Shown one piece after another: positions 37,453 to 51,008 of a DNA stretch of 64,000 bases. The position numbers and the translations under genes were made by a program. The stretch lies in contig CAUYUJ010000001.1 in assembly GCA_963575745.1 (NCBI GenBank), positions 3,224,001-3,288,000 on the forward strand. The letters are read 5' to 3'. Source of the DNA: Prorocentrum cordatum. Its lineage: Eukaryota. Every line of letters starts with the position of its first letter. Within the stretch, counting starts at the first letter, position 1. The notes under the pieces were generated by a model that ran no database searches, had not been told where the DNA came from, and saw only the letters and a program-made list of their open reading frames with translations.

Positions 37453-37460
37453 ATTTTTAC

Positions 37461-37877
37461 CCACCCCAGCAATTCAGAGCACACGCTCAGGTCATGGAAA
37501 AAATGCCCGTTTTGGGCCTCCCTCCCTCGCGCGGTCCATCAACAAGGAGCAGTAAGCAGCAAGAAGTCAACAAGGAACAGTAAGCAGCGAGAAGCAAAAC
37601 TGTAACAGTGGAAACTGGAAGCTGCAACTGGTACAGGAAACTGGGAAACCTCGGCCTACAGCCTGGTGGCCACCCCAGCAATTCAGAGCACACGCTCAGG
37701 GCGTGGTAAAAATGCCCGTTTTGGACCTCCCTCCCTCGCGCGGTCCATCAACAAGGAGCAGTAAGCAGCAAGAAGTCAACAAGGAACACTAAGCAGCAAG
37801 AAGCAGAATTGTAACAGTGGAAACTGGAAGTTGCAACTGGTACAGGAAACTGCGAAGCTTCGACCTACAGCCTGGTG
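37461..37877. repeat. Tandem duplication of 209 bp
   Basis: CCACCCCAGCAATTCAGAGCACACG at 37461 and 37670. Confidence 0.9.
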
Positions 37878-38521
37878 CCCCCACAAGGGGGCCGGTGGAT
37901 TTTCCTATTTATATATTTTTACAGGGCCGGGGACCCCGGAAAAGCGGCACACGGTGCCCCCCCCCCCTCCAAACGAATTTCGGCCTCCCCGAGCCTTTGG
38001 GGCGTTCCTGCAGGGTGCTCCGTGTCTGTCCTGCGAGTGCGACGCGAAACAAAAAAAAAAAACACGACGGCCAAAGAGGGCCCCGAGACACCCAAAGTTC
38101 GGCCCAAGACGCCCAATCTGGGCCCAAGACGCGTCCAAGACGCCCCCAGAGACCCCCAAGAGGCCTCCCAAGAGAGCCCCGAGAGGCTACAATTGTTTAT
38201 TTTCCTGTGTGGTTTTCGATGTTTTTGGCCTTCTCGCTTGTCCCGCTTCCTGACGCTCCACAATGGCCCAAGAGGCCCCCTAGATCGCCCCAGTACTGCC
38301 CAAGAGGCCCCCAAGAAGGCCCCAACACGGTCCAGGAGGGTTCCGAGACCGCCCAAGAGGCGCCCAAGACGGCCCAAGAGAGCATCAAGACGGCCCCAAG
38401 AGAGACCCAAATGGGCGCCCCAAAATTGAATTAGCCTGGCGAAGGACCCAACCATATGCAACTGTGAATACCGCAAGTGTGAATATCGTTTTCGGCGGCG
38501 CTACCTCTGGGTAGTGGAGAC

Positions 38522-40272
38522 GCATGCGAACACCCCCACTGGGGCCTTCGGTGGAGCTCCCTATGGGGCTACGAAACGCTGCCCTGGGTGGGGGAACCGC
38601 ATGCGGCACCCCCACTGGGGCCTTCGGTGGAGCTCCCTGTGGGGCCACGAAACGCTGCCCTGGGTGGGGGAACCGCATGCGGGCACCCCCACTGGGGCCT
38701 ACGGTGGAGCTCCCTCTGGGGCTACGAAACGCTGCCCTGGGTGGGGGAACCGCATGAGGGCAGCCCCACTGGGGCCTTCGGTGGAGCTCCCTATGGGGCT
38801 ACGAAACGCTGCCCTGGGTGGGGGAACCGCATGTGGGCACCCCCACTGGGGCCTTCGGTGGAGCTCCCTATGGGGCTACGAAACGCTGCCCTGGGTGGGG
38901 GAACCGCATGTGGACACCCCCACTGGGGCCTTCGGTGGAGCTCCCTCTGGGGCTACGAAACGCTGCCCTGGGTGGGGGAACCGCATGTGGACACCCCCAC
39001 TGGGGCCTTCGGTGGAGCTCCCTATGGGGCCACGAAACGCTGCCCTGGGTGGGGGAACCGCATGCGGACACCCCCACTGGGGCCTTCGGTGGAGCTCCCT
39101 ATGGGGCTACGAAACGCTGCCCTGGGTGGGGGAACCGCATGTGGACACCCCCACTGGGGCCTTCGGTGGAGCTCCCTATGGGGCTACGAAACGCTGCCCT
39201 GGGTGGGGGAACCGCATGTGGACACCCCCACTGGGGCCTTCGGTGGAGCTCCCTATGGGGCTACGAAACGCTGCCCTGGGTGGGGGAACCGCATGCGGAC
39301 ACCCCCACTGGGGCCTTCGGTGGAGCTCCCTATGGGGCCACGAAACGCTGCCCTGGGTGGGGGAACCGCATGCGGACACCCCCACTGGGGCCTTCGGTGG
39401 AGCTCCCTATGGGGCCACGAAACGCTGCCCTGGGTGGGGGAACCGCATGTGGACACCCCCACTGGGGCCTTCGGTGGAGCTCCCTATGGGGCTACGAAAC
39501 GCTGCCCTGGGTGGGGGAACCGCATGCGGACACCCCCACTGGGGCCTTCGGTGGAGCTCCCTATGGGGCCACGAAACGCTGCCCTGGGTGGGGGAACCGC
39601 ATGTGGACACCCCCACTGGGGCCTTCGGTGGAGCTCCCTATGGGGCCACGAAACGCTGCCCTGGGTGGGGGAACCGCATGTGGACACCCCCACTGGGGCC
39701 TTCGGTGGAGCTCCCTATGGGGCCACGAAACGCTGCCCTGGGTGGGGGAACCGCATGCGAACACCCCCACTGGGGCCTTCGGTGGAGCTCCCTATGGGGC
39801 TACGAAACGCTGCCCTGGGTGGGGGAACCGCATGCGAACACCCCCACTGGGGCCTTCGGTGGAGCTCCCTATGGGGCTACGAAACGCTGCCCTGGGTGGG
39901 GGAACCGCATGCGGACACCCCCACTGGGGCCTTCGGTGGAGCTCCCTATGGGGCCACGAAACGCTGCCCTGGGTGGGGGAACCGCATGTGGACACCCCCA
40001 CTGGGGCCTTCGGTGGAGCTCCCTATGGGGCTACGAAACGCTGCCCTGGGTGGGGGAACCGCATGTGGACACCCCCACTGGGGCCTTCGGTGGAGCTCCC
40101 TATGGGGCTACGAAACGCTGCCCTGGGTGGGGGAACCGCATGTGGACACCCCCACTGGGGCCTTCGGTGGAGCTCCCTATGGGGCTACGAAACGCTGCCC
40201 TGGGTGGGGGAACCGCATGTGGACACCCCCACTGGGGCCTTCGGTGGAGTTCCCTATGGGGCTACGAAACGC
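38522..40272. repeat. Highly homogeneous 77-bp tandem array, about 23 copies
   Basis: Unit GCATGTGGACACCCCCACTGGGGCCTTCGGTGGAGCTCCCTATGGGGCTACGAAACGCTGCCCTGGGTGGGGGAACC. Confidence 0.97.
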
Positions 40273-42073
40273 GTGAGAGGTGTGCCGAGATCAGAGGCAA
40301 GGAGGGGGAGGAGGGAGGAGGGCGAGGAGGAGGAAGGAGGAACGCGGGGCACCGTCTCTTCAAAACGAGGACCCAACACCACAGGATGGTTGGGAAAAAC
40401 TAAATTTTCCGCCGCGAGAGGGCCCCAAGACGCCCGGAGAGAGCCCCATGAGGCCCCAAGAGGCTCCCAAGAGGCCCCAAGGAGCCCCCAAGAGGCCCCC
40501 AAGAGGCCCCAAAAAGATCCCAATAACCCCAAAACACCCCCAAGAGGTTTCAAAACTGCCTCCCAGAGGGCCCCGAGAGGCGCACCACGAGATCCCAATA
40601 CAGCGGTCTCCCCCTCTCATTCTCCCTTCTCTTTGTCGTCGCCTTCGTCGTCGTCGTCGCTGTCGTATCAAATGGCGCAGCGAGGCCATTCTTCGTTCAA
40701 ACCGCCGAAGGACCCAAGAGCTCTTCCTCCTCTTCCTCATTTTCTTCCTCCTCTACCTCCTCCTCCTCCTCCTCCTAATTCCCCGTGATGTTTCACGTTC
40801 CGCCCCGCCAAAGGTCTAGCAGAAGCAGCTCTCCTCACTCTCCCAAGTCTCTGCTGCGGATTTCTTCCGCGACGCCTCGGCTGCACCCCAGATGTCCACA
40901 TAATCTGCCCTCTTCATCCTCTGCCTCTTCTTCATCCTCCTCCTCTTCCTCCTCCCTCTCCTCATCCTCTTCATGTTCCTCCCCCCGCCTCGACTGAGCT
41001 TCTCGCGACGCTCAATGCAAACCGTCGGGGCCGCGACGCCGTCTCATCCGGGCGCGCTGTTGGCGCCCTTGCCTACCTTGCCGGAAAGGGCAGGCCGAAT
41101 CCGAGGAGCCCCTGGAGGATTTCAAAACCTGCGCCGCCTCTTGCACTACCTTCGGGCCCCCTTGGCGGCTTGGGAAAAACCGTTCCTGATTCGGGGGGGT
41201 TCTCTCACCCTTTGCCGCTTGACTCGCAGAGAGGCCGAGCGGCGCCGCGCCGCGCCGCCAGGGGCGGGGAGACCGGGCAAAAAAAAGACGGGGGAGAGGG
41301 AGAGGAGGAGGGGCAGGAGGAGGGGGCGGAAGGGGGAGGGGGAAGAAGAGGGGGAAAGGAAAAGGGGATGGAGGAAGAGGAGATAACGGAAAGTAGTCTA
41401 ATCCGCTACGCCAGAGATATGCTCGCAACTCCGACCTCAGAAGCGCCTTGCTTCGCGTCGGTCCCGCCGTTTTCGCTTGAGACATCGTCGCAGCTCTGGT
41501 GCCCGAGACACTCTCAGTTGAGGTGTTCCAGCCGCTGTCGCCTGAGACACTCTCGCAAGTCTCACTTCGGAGGTGCCTCGCACAGCGGTGGTTCGGCCAA
41601 TTTCGCGCGCGACTTCTCGCAACTCTACGTTCAGGGATGCCCTGGGCAGAGGCGTTCAGACCACTCCTCGCTCGAAACTTCCTCGCGCGGCTGACTTCGG
41701 ATATGCCCTCGCCTGAGCGGAGGTGTTCAGGCCACTTTCACCCGGGACGTCCTCGCGACGCTGACCTCGGCGACGCACTGTCCCATGGTAGTTTGACCGC
41801 GTTTGCCTGATGCCCTCGCGCCTTTCAGTGGCGCGATGATATGAGCAACTGGTCGGGCCACCGCCGCCTGATGCACGCATGTGCATGCGCGCGCGTAGTT
41901 ACACTGACCATATGCATATACATTTACGTATCCATCCAAACGTATAATAGAGGTACATATGTACTATGCATTCATCGACGCATGTGTGTGCGCATGTACG
42001 CACGCTCGCACTCCGCTAACGTGCGAATTCCAAAGGGCCAAGGTGCATGGCGCGCAGCGCCAATGCAGTCTTG

Positions 42074-42500
<427 letters not shown>

Positions 42501-42541
42501 ATGCACAAACAACATAATCCATATGAAAGGCTGTTCGGCCC

Positions 42542-43290
42542 ATTCCGCCACCGTGCCTGGGTTGCGGGTGTGAAGCCTGTTGGATGTTTGTTGGGATCTC
42601 GTGGGAGGCCTCTCGAGGGCCTTTGGGAGGCAGTTTTGGGGCCTCGGGGCCTCTTTTCGGCCTTTTGGCGGCCTCCTGGAGCATTTTGGACCTCTTGGGC
42701 GCTTCTCGGGGCCTCTTGGGGGCCTCTTTGGGTGGAAGGCTCGGATTTTCGGTTCGTGTTCTTTCTCTTGGGTTCCTTTCGGGCCGTCTTGGGGTCCCCT
42801 TGGGCCGTCTTGGGGCGCTCTTGGGCCGTCTTGGGGCTCTCTTGGAGGCCTCGTGGGCCGTCTTAGGGTGGTCTTGGGGGCCGCTTCGGCCGTCCGGGAG
42901 CGTCGGAAAACACAAACGGCGGGACCGCCGAGATCCTGCCAGACACCCGAGGAACATCACAGCTGTTTGCCTTTGGGGGCCCTCTTGGGAGACCTCTTGG
43001 GAGGCCTCTTGGGAGGCCTCCTGGAGCTTGGGCCATCTTGAATGAAGCCGGCTTGGGCGTCTTGGAACGATCTTTCGGCGACTCGGGGCCCTCCTGGACC
43101 GTCTCGAGGGCCTCGTGAGGCCTTCTTGGCCCGCGTGGGCCCCTGTCGGCGCGGGGTGGCCCAGAGGACACGCGGGAAGCCCCAAGAGATTTCAGAAATT
43201 GGGGTTTGGGCCCTTGGAAGACTCCTCAGAACTGAGAACTGAGGCTCCAGGGATTAGGCAAAGGACCTGAGGACACGCCAACTCCGTGCC
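42542..43290. mobile_element. Second copy of the CCGCCACCGTGCC-bounded element, right end truncated
   Basis: Starts ATTCCGCCACCGTGCC and ends GGCAAAGGACCTGAGGACACGCCAACTCCGTGCC. Confidence 0.55.
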
Positions 43291-43582
43291 CGCGTGAAGC
43301 TGGAGCAACCGTCCATCGATTGCATCGTTATGGTGCCCGATTGCGCTACCTCGGCAGGCTCGTCTGGAACCGGCCGCCATCGCTCCCAGCAGTGTTGCAG
43401 GCTGAAATCAGGGAGCCAGAGCTGCCGTGGTCGGCCCTCGTACGGGCTGACAACGAACGCGTGCGCGTGATGGGCATAGTGCCAGGTCTCCCCTCCCTGC
43501 GGGACGCCCCCCACGATTGGCTCGGCTCACTGACAGGTGACGTCAAGTGGGGTCGGCTTCTGGACAAGGCTCGCTTCCGTAA

Positions 43583-43743
43583 TCAGGAGGAAAAAAACAC
43601 TGACACAATTAATCGTCGATTCCCCAGAAAATATGGGAAAATATGGGCAGTGGGGGGGAAGACAAAACCCAGAAACAAACATGGGAAAATATGGGGAATA
43701 GTTTTATTTGTGTGTATTTAATGTGTGTCCTGGTTCCCCTTCA
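43583..43743. mobile_element. MITE family A, copy 2 (161 bp)
   Basis: Flanks CGTAA/CCTAA. Confidence 0.85.
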
Positions 43744-43817
43744 CCTAAGTCCTCCCTGTATAGAGTAGCGCAGGCTGGAACATCCGAGCCTGCCGCCAGG
43801 CGAGGGTTCGGCCACCA

Positions 43818-43980
43818 TCAGGAGGGAAAGAAACACACTGACACAATTCATCCTCGATTCTTCAGAAAATATAGGAAAATATGGGAAGTGGGGGGGAAGA
43901 CAAAAACCCAGAAAATATAGGAAACTATGGGGAATGTCTTTATTTGTGTGTATTTATTTGTGTGTCCCAGGGCCCCTTCA
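43818..43980. mobile_element. MITE family A, copy 3 (163 bp), from a local tandem duplication
   Basis: Followed by the same about 74-bp flank as copy 2; no TSD of its own. Confidence 0.85.
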
Positions 43981-44220
43981 CCTAAGCCCTCCCTGGATGC
44001 AGTAGCGCAGGCTGGGACATCCGAGCCTGCCGCCAGGCGAGGGCTTGGCCACCAGTGCCCTGCCTGCCCAGCGCGTCTCCCGAAAGAGCGCTTCCGCGGC
44101 CAGCCGCCATCGCGCCGAACACGGGCGTCGGGCGTCCATCGAAGAGCAGATCGACGGCTCCGGGGTTTGCCCGGCGCGTGGCACGAGTTTTCGTACACGC
44201 TTTAGGTGTATGGCCCATCT

Positions 44221-44386
44221 TCAGGAGGAGACAAAACACACAGACCCAATGTGTCGTCGATTTCCCAGAACATATGGGAAACTATGGGAAGTGTGTGGGG
44301 GAAGACAAAAATCCAGAAAAAAAACCGAAAGTATGGGGAATCCTGTTATTTTTGTCTGTTCATTAGTGTGTCCCAGGGCCCCTGCA
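44221..44386. mobile_element. MITE family A, copy 4 (166 bp), TSD CATCT
   Basis: CATCT at 44216-44220 and 44387-44391. Confidence 0.88.
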
Positions 44387-45915
44387 CATCTGTCTGACAG
44401 GAGGCGCCCCACGTGCTCCGCCTGGGTGCTCGCCGACGTCCCTCCGCTGCCCACCTCCGAAGTCGCCCGTCTCGAGGGCCAGGATCGGGCGGCTGAGCGG
44501 GAAGCTTGGGCACAGGGGCGCCCTCGCCCCCGTGCACGAGCTCCCGCGATCACTCGAACAGGGAGGCGTATCGGGCATTGCAAATAGCACGCTTCACGAT
44601 TTTTTACACTTGGTACAGTAGTCTTGATGATCGTTTACCGTTGTACGCTCCGCTGGCGCAGTCCAGTAGTGTGGACCTGTCCAGTTTTTGGCGTAACGGC
44701 GCGCTGGCGCCGTCCCGTGCAACACGTCGTTTAAGTCGGCCGTCGGCCTGGCTCGCGGGATCCAGGCTGGCTGTCCAACGACGTTGTTCCACCAGTGGGT
44801 GCTCCGTCTTGTTATGGCACGGCCGCTTCATTTCCGTAGTTGACGCGTTATGTTGCATAGTATTCGCGATTACGTGTGTAATCAGGAGCCCTCCGAACCC
44901 TGACCTCAGATACGCATCCCAAAGCCCCCTGGAGGAGATGCGGAATACAGTTTACGGTGTATCTATAGATGTATGCATACACATGCTTATGTATAGACAT
45001 ACGCATGCATACACATGTGTACTTAGACATATGCATGCATATATGCATATGTATTGATTCAGTGTTTAAAATACTATGCACTTATATATATACACATAGT
45101 TGTGTATACATAGATTCGTTGTCTCTACATACGCATGCATACATACACGTGCCTAGATGTTTGGGTACTTGTAAGTGTGTACGCACATGTGGATGCATGT
45201 ATGCATGTGTGCATATCTGTATCTTCAACATGTGCACACGCTTTTACCGACTCGCTACACTTCGCCGATATAATCTTGGTCGCATGGTGCCAGCGAGGTG
45301 CGTTGCGACCGCCATTGCCGTCACTTGGGAATGGGGGAATGGGGCAGTGCCCCCGAAGGCTCTAGGGCGCACGAGGTTTGTATTGTTCATGAGGGCAATC
45401 TGGTCACATGTCTCATGGAGGTTGAACGGCATACGGGGCTCATCGGTTTCAACAGGATCGAAGAGCTCCTTATGGTTCAGGTGTCATAGGGCTGGAGCTG
45501 GAGCTTGACTCGGGCTGGATCTGGGGCTTGAGCTGGAACTGGAGCTTGAACTGGGGAGCTTCTCCTCCTCCTCTTTCTCCTCCTCCTCCTCCTCCTCCTC
45601 CACCTCCTCCTCCTCCTCCTCCTCCTCCCCTGTCTCCTCTTCTCGGAGAACACGACCGCTGGACGGTTGGATCGGGGCTCAGCAGCTACATCTTGGGAGA
45701 AGAGTTCCGACACCACGGACATGTTTTTGCGTCGGCGGCTACACAGGGTACTTGCGTCGGCGAGAGAGCTAACTAAACGGGGGCACCGATGTAACCAATT
45801 GTGCCACGATGCAAGAAACATGGCAGCATAGGGACAACAACATGGAAACCACGATCATCCCACGGACACCACTATCATTCCAGCAACGCTTTCTAATAGC
45901 AGCACATGTGACCAG

Positions 45916-46485
45916 TGGGACGTGATGTATTTGTGGCGCTGCGGTTTTACCTGACCTGCGGCACTAGTGGGACCTGTGGGACCTATGGGACGTGCGACAC
46001 TTGTGGGAATTGCTGGACCTTCGACACCTGTAGTAGGCAGTTTGGGACTTCTGGGACATGTGATATTTGTGGTACCTGCGGTATTTGCGATACCGTTGGG
46101 GCTTGTGGAACGTGCAGGACTTGTGGGACCCGTTTGACCTTTTGTTTTTGTGCAACCCGCGAAACGTGCGACATGTGTGGGACTTGTGGGGCCTGTGCGA
46201 CTTGTGGGACATGCGAGACCTATGGAATTTGTTGGTCTTGCGAGACCCGTAAACTTCTTGTCCCGTGGGGCCTGCGGGACCAGTCGGACCTGTGCGACCT
46301 GTACGAACTACGTGATCTGCGAGACCTGTGAGACCCGTGCGACCCGTGGGACCTGTTGAATCTGTAGGACCTTTAGGACATGTGGGACTTGAGGGGCCTG
46401 TGGGACTTGCTAGACCTGTGGGATCCGGGGGACCTGCGAGAAATGTGGGACCTCTGAAATCTGCGAGACGTTTGGGACCTGTGGA
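45916..46485. repeat. Degenerate 9-bp GGGACCTGT array
   Basis: Direct reading; produces the CGT-repeat ORF. Confidence 0.85.
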
Positions 46486-46589
46486 ACGGGAGGGAATAGC
46501 AGCGGCTTGTATGGGAAACTTCTTGGCGTCTCTTGGGCCCCCCGAGATCAGATCATTGAAGTAGTTCTGGGGCTTCCCCAGGGTGTCTT

Positions 46590-48600
46590 TTGAAGACGCC
46601 GTGGGAACGATTCCGAAACACAGAGGTCGGACCTAATACAGGTCGACTCCCAACGATCCAGGGGGAGACTGATGAAGACTTGGATGCACTCATCATGGAG
46701 GGCTGGTATGAAGAGCTCACAGACGAAATCGAACTACAACGTGAAGCACTCCTGGAAAGTCATTACGTCCCAGCTTTATTCACTGTGCCGACACACATGC
46801 TGCCACTGGACTTGGCAACAGGCCAGAGGAATACGTGGAATCGTACGCTATAGTCGTGCAGTTGTGCGAGTACGACGTCAGTTTTACACTGGACTCCGAT
46901 TGCCACGGGGAGTAGGTGGAACTATGTTTCACAGCGGGCACGGTAAAGACTGTGCTGTCAGAACAACCGCATCAGTTGGTAAACGACGCGGTCATCGCCA
47001 CGATATTGGTATACGGACATGTCGCATCCGAACGCGCAGTTGTCGTAAAAGAGGACCTATCTGACGACGGGATCCAGGCACACCCTTTGAAGGCATCCGA
47101 AGCCTCATACTTTCAGCTACGTATCTGGCACGACAACAACTACTGCTGCATGCGTTCTCTCGCAGAATCTACCAATGTAATTGCACCTTGCTTCGCATAC
47201 AAATATAGATTCGCCAGGAACGAAGAGGGCGAGATGGGACGCGCGATGCTTCTTAGGCTCGCGTTGCGGGGCACTGTGGGCGTTGAGGCCTCCGACGTCG
47301 AACCATTCCCAGGCACGGCGCGAAGAGCTAATCAGGAGCCCTTGCCCAGCACTGCAGCGCACAAGAAGGAGTGGATTCTCGCATCTTGGAATCTCGTCTT
47401 CCTCAGAGGCCAACCGCTGGAGAAAAGGAGAGGCTAGAGTGCTTCACGCTCCGTCTCTGTGTCGGTGCCTCGAACACTACCAGTCTTAGCCGATTTCGGC
47501 CAAGCAAAGCACTGCCTTCAGCGCTCGAAGCTTGGCGCGGGCACCAAGGATGCTTCGAGCATTCTCATTTCAGGTCAGAAACCTTACATTTGGGGTTCGG
47601 GCTTCAAGGCGAGAAATACGACGAAGACTTCGAAGTGAGCCCGGCCTTGCTTTCGGCCGAGCACGTCGGCGACCTCAACATGGTTGGCGAGGAAGCTCGC
47701 GCCGACACGCATGCAGTGCGCTCCAAAAACGATCGGTAAGTGTAAGGTAAACAAGTGTACGCATTCCAACTGCGATGCACGATGCTCCATTCCCCCGAAC
47801 GGCGGTAGTAGTATGGACCAAGCTAAGTACATCAAACAGATGGGAGCTATCCAACATCCCGAACTGATTGGAGCAGCACCCGAAGAGAAAACTATTAAGG
47901 TTGTTACACACATGCTCATCGGTCTGAGGGGTGCACGGGCATGCGCTCTCATCGTGCAGGTGTTGTTCATGGTTTACGTCGTCTTACTCCAGCGAGTTCA
48001 GGGGCCCGCGGACATCCAAGTTCGGCGGCTGCGCGTGGTGGCCAGAATGCGATTCTCATATCCAGCCATGACACCAACGGACGAGGTAGACACTCATAGC
48101 GAGCCTGGATACCGCCGTTTGACGGGAGATGCGGATAATGAAGAACTGGGATTCGGCATCCGCGGGGCAAACCTTACAAGGCATGGCAGCACGCGGAACG
48201 GCGCCGCCGTTATCCACCTTGTGGATGCTCGCATCGACTTCAGGTGCGTTCAAAACATTCAGCGGAAGTGCTAGCTGCGGCACATAATCTCGAGGATTGC
48301 TACCCGACCATCGTCACGCTACACGAATTCAAAACGGGAGGCACCACGTCCCATGCCCACGGAAGAGCTCTTACAAACGCATTGGAAAGTGTGGTCCGTG
48401 CTTTACTGTATCACCCACCATAGATGCCGAATCTTTCACTCAGTCCCCATCCAGCAAGGACCTTGACAAACGACGCACGGAATATTCCTTAGTTGGACAT
48501 CTCAGCCGGATCCGACAGATGATGGAGAGTAATGTAGTTCATTGTGTTCAGTAGTGTGACGCGCGTGACATGACAGCAGATGGACATACTCAAGGTAACA
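46590..48600 (+). mobile_element. Degenerate Ty1/Copia reverse transcriptase and RNase H
   Basis: RLALRG..GTARRANQ..AAHKKEWILAS..FLRG; MDQAKYIKQMGAIQHPEL; VVLLQRVQ; HSEPGY..GIRG..IHLVD; AEVLAA; IDAES..TEYSLVGHLSRIRQ..CDARDMTADGHTQG (Copia RNase H end, M-x-A-D-x-x-T-K-G type). Confidence 0.8.
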
Positions 48601-50437
48601 TTGATCGCGAGTTGTCGTTACAGTAGTGTCTGGGCATGAGTCATTCCAGCATGATGCAATGATATAACTGTCACATCGCAGTAGTACAGAGCGCGCGCGG
48701 CATTGAACCTGCACCTCGCGGGGCTGCGGATCATGCACTGTTTGGCTTGGCGACGGGCGCCTGGCCGCGGGCTTTCGCGCAGTTGCTCTGACGCCTGGCA
48801 GCAGGCGCCCGACATCGGGCATCCACATTATTTTGCGGCCTGATTGCTGGCCAAGCCTGACGCCAGGCACCTGGCCGCAGGCAACATTGGGTATTCACAT
48901 TCCTGTGTGGCCTAACAGCTGGCCGCGCAGCCTGACACCAGACACTTGGCTGCAGGCTCATATCGCTCATCCTTCGAGTCGCCCTGCGTTCGCGCGTTTT
49001 GCTGCCTGAACGGAGTTGCCGATCGGCGGTCGCTCATCTCAGGTGAGCCACCGGCAAGTCGAAATCATCTAGCATTTTTCCACGCTTGGCGACAAGCCGC
49101 TGCATGCCCTAGCGGGCTACACCTTAGGTGTAGGAGGAGCAGCCGACGGCTGCTCTCGGCGGAATAAGACAGCTCCCGCTTCATCGTTGATGGGCGTGCA
49201 GCTAATAGTGTTTCTTATTTATTGAATCTGGAGCCATGCCTTGAGCCAAGTTATTGCGATGCGCTTCCCTCCCCCCCTCTTCTATTGAAGGGAGTTAGCT
49301 AGCCGTTAGGGCGAGCACGGAGCGAGTGCGCCCGCAACCTGTCTGGGCTCGATTGGGTCGACGCCAGGATGTGATAAGTCGTTGCTGACTTTACCGCGTA
49401 AATGAACATACAGTATATATATATATATATGTATATCGCCTCCTGGTTTCTTGTCTATTATGTGACTACGCGCTCGCTCGGCAGCGCGAGTTTATTTGCC
49501 GGGGCCCGCGGGGGTCGCGACCGATCCCAAACGTGGCACTGTTGACCGCCAGACATAAGGGATATGCAAGGACGAGGAGCTGGGGTGATATTGGATTAGG
49601 AGGAAGAGCTAGAGGAGGACACCGAGGGGGTGGATACCCAGAGGAGGAGGAGGTGGAGGAGGAGGAGGAGGACCAACATGAATGAAACGTTGATGTCTAG
49701 AGTCAGTTGTGGAGGGCATGTTCCCGCAGTGCTTCTCGCTCAGGAACCCTCCTCCATGTTCCATGTGGTGGCCTCCTTCCGAGCTTCGGGGTGCAGATGG
49801 GGCAGTCACCGAAAAGGGCCGTCGTCGCCAGGATGGGGGATGCCTTGGTTCTCTCGTGCGCTGCTCCCTCCCCCTCCGCAGCACTCTCCATAGACAGCCG
49901 GGAGGCAGGAAGGGCTGCTCCTGCCGCCTGCCGCGCCCGCCTCAGGGCGGACTGCCATCCCTGGCGGACGTGTCCAGTCTGTTCAGGCCGGGTTGGGCGG
50001 CCAGCGGGCGGGAGGGTCAGAGGCCAGGGCAGGATATTCGCGTTCGTCCTCCTCGTTCTCCCGCGAGTGCTCGTTCGGGATAGTCTCCATCTTTCTGCTC
50101 ATCCTTCCCCTAGTCCCCCTCCTGTTTTGTCCCGCTCCTACTTTCCAGCTGTGGGCTGCGGCAAGAGCCATCAGCCTTGCACCCTGCGCCCCGACAGGTC
50201 CCCTGGACGGCGACGTCCCAACCTGACCTTCAAAGGAGCGTCCCAGATGTCGTTCCCTTGCCCGCCGCACGCGAGTAGGCTTGGAGAGTTGTGCGGTGTG
50301 CGGGTGCGACTCCAGATCCCACGGGCGAGAACGGCGACGAGGCTGGGCATGGGGATTCCGGGTCCAGGGCCCCCGGCCTGCCGGCGCGAAGCGACACGGA
50401 TGGCAGGGGCGGCCGGGGAGCGGTGCTTCCCTTTTCG

Positions 50438-50681
50438 TCGGGAGCCTTGAGACGGGGGTCAATGCAGACGGGGGTCAGCCAGGGCGCCAGATCCTGCAGG
50501 ATCCTGCGAAGACCCCCTCTGGCTGACCCGGGTTAGCGAGCCGCTCGTGGCCGCGAGGTGGCCGCGCATATCGGCTGACCCGGGTTTGCGAGGACCCGCG
50601 TTGCAGTTTGTTTGTCTCGCATTGCAGTTCTTGGTTTCTGCTGACCCGGGTCTGGATTGACACGGGTCAGAAGATCCCCGA
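50438..50681. mobile_element. MITE-like element, 244 bp, TSD TTTCG
   Basis: TCGGGAGCCTTGAGACGGGGGTCAATGCAGACGGGGGTCAGC versus reverse complement TCGGGGATCTTCTGACCCGTGTCAATCCAGACCCGGGTCAGC; TTTCG at 50433-50437 and 50682-50686. Confidence 0.8.
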
Positions 50682-50837
50682 TTTCGGGGTTTGGGCCCCC
50701 TGCCACCAGGTCAGCGCTCGCGCTGATCCAGTTCGCGGTCGCCTGCGCGGCCGCCCACATGGCGGCGGCGGTGCCGCCGGACCCCGAGCCGCCCCGCCCG
50801 ATTGCCGTGCGCGCGCGGCGCAGGGCCCCTGACAGAA

Positions 50838-51008
50838 TCGGGGGTTGACAGACCTCCTACCCTGACACGTCGATTAGTGAATTGTCCGTTTTCGGTTCTC
50901 GAGAGGGCGCCGCGGCCGTCATTTTCCAGGCTTGCGCCCGCCAGGTTTGGGCCCGAGGTCGTTTTCAATAAACCACGTTTTACTAAAGGGAGGTCTGTCC
51001 ATCCCCGA
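50838..51008. mobile_element. MITE-like element, 171 bp, TSD CAGAA
   Basis: TCGGGGGTTGACAGACCTCC versus reverse complement TCGGGGATGGACAGACCTCC; CAGAA at 50833-50837 and 51009-51013. Confidence 0.85.

Larger units (their letters stand above)
43291..44587 (+). mobile_element. 3' fragment of a LINE ORF2 with C2H2-like fingers, interrupted by MITE family A
   Basis: PSIDCIVM..RLRYLGRLV..LPW, then HQCPAC..EHGRR..GSGVCPARGTSFRTRFRCMAHLSDRRRPTC once the MITE is removed; stop at 44587. Confidence 0.6.

Noticed and set aside
38514..40788. CRISPR array or three 560-660 aa proteins
   Set aside because: No unique spacers and no cas genes; the ORFs arise from a stop-free 77-bp unit.
44590..44860. Minus-strand LINE tail (THWWNN..WIPRARP..HYWTAP)
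   Set aside because: Resemblance rests on Trp spacing alone; too weak to annotate.
45915..46331. Metallothionein-like CGT-repeat protein
   Set aside because: Derived from a degenerate 9-bp tandem repeat that changes frame and continues past the ORF.
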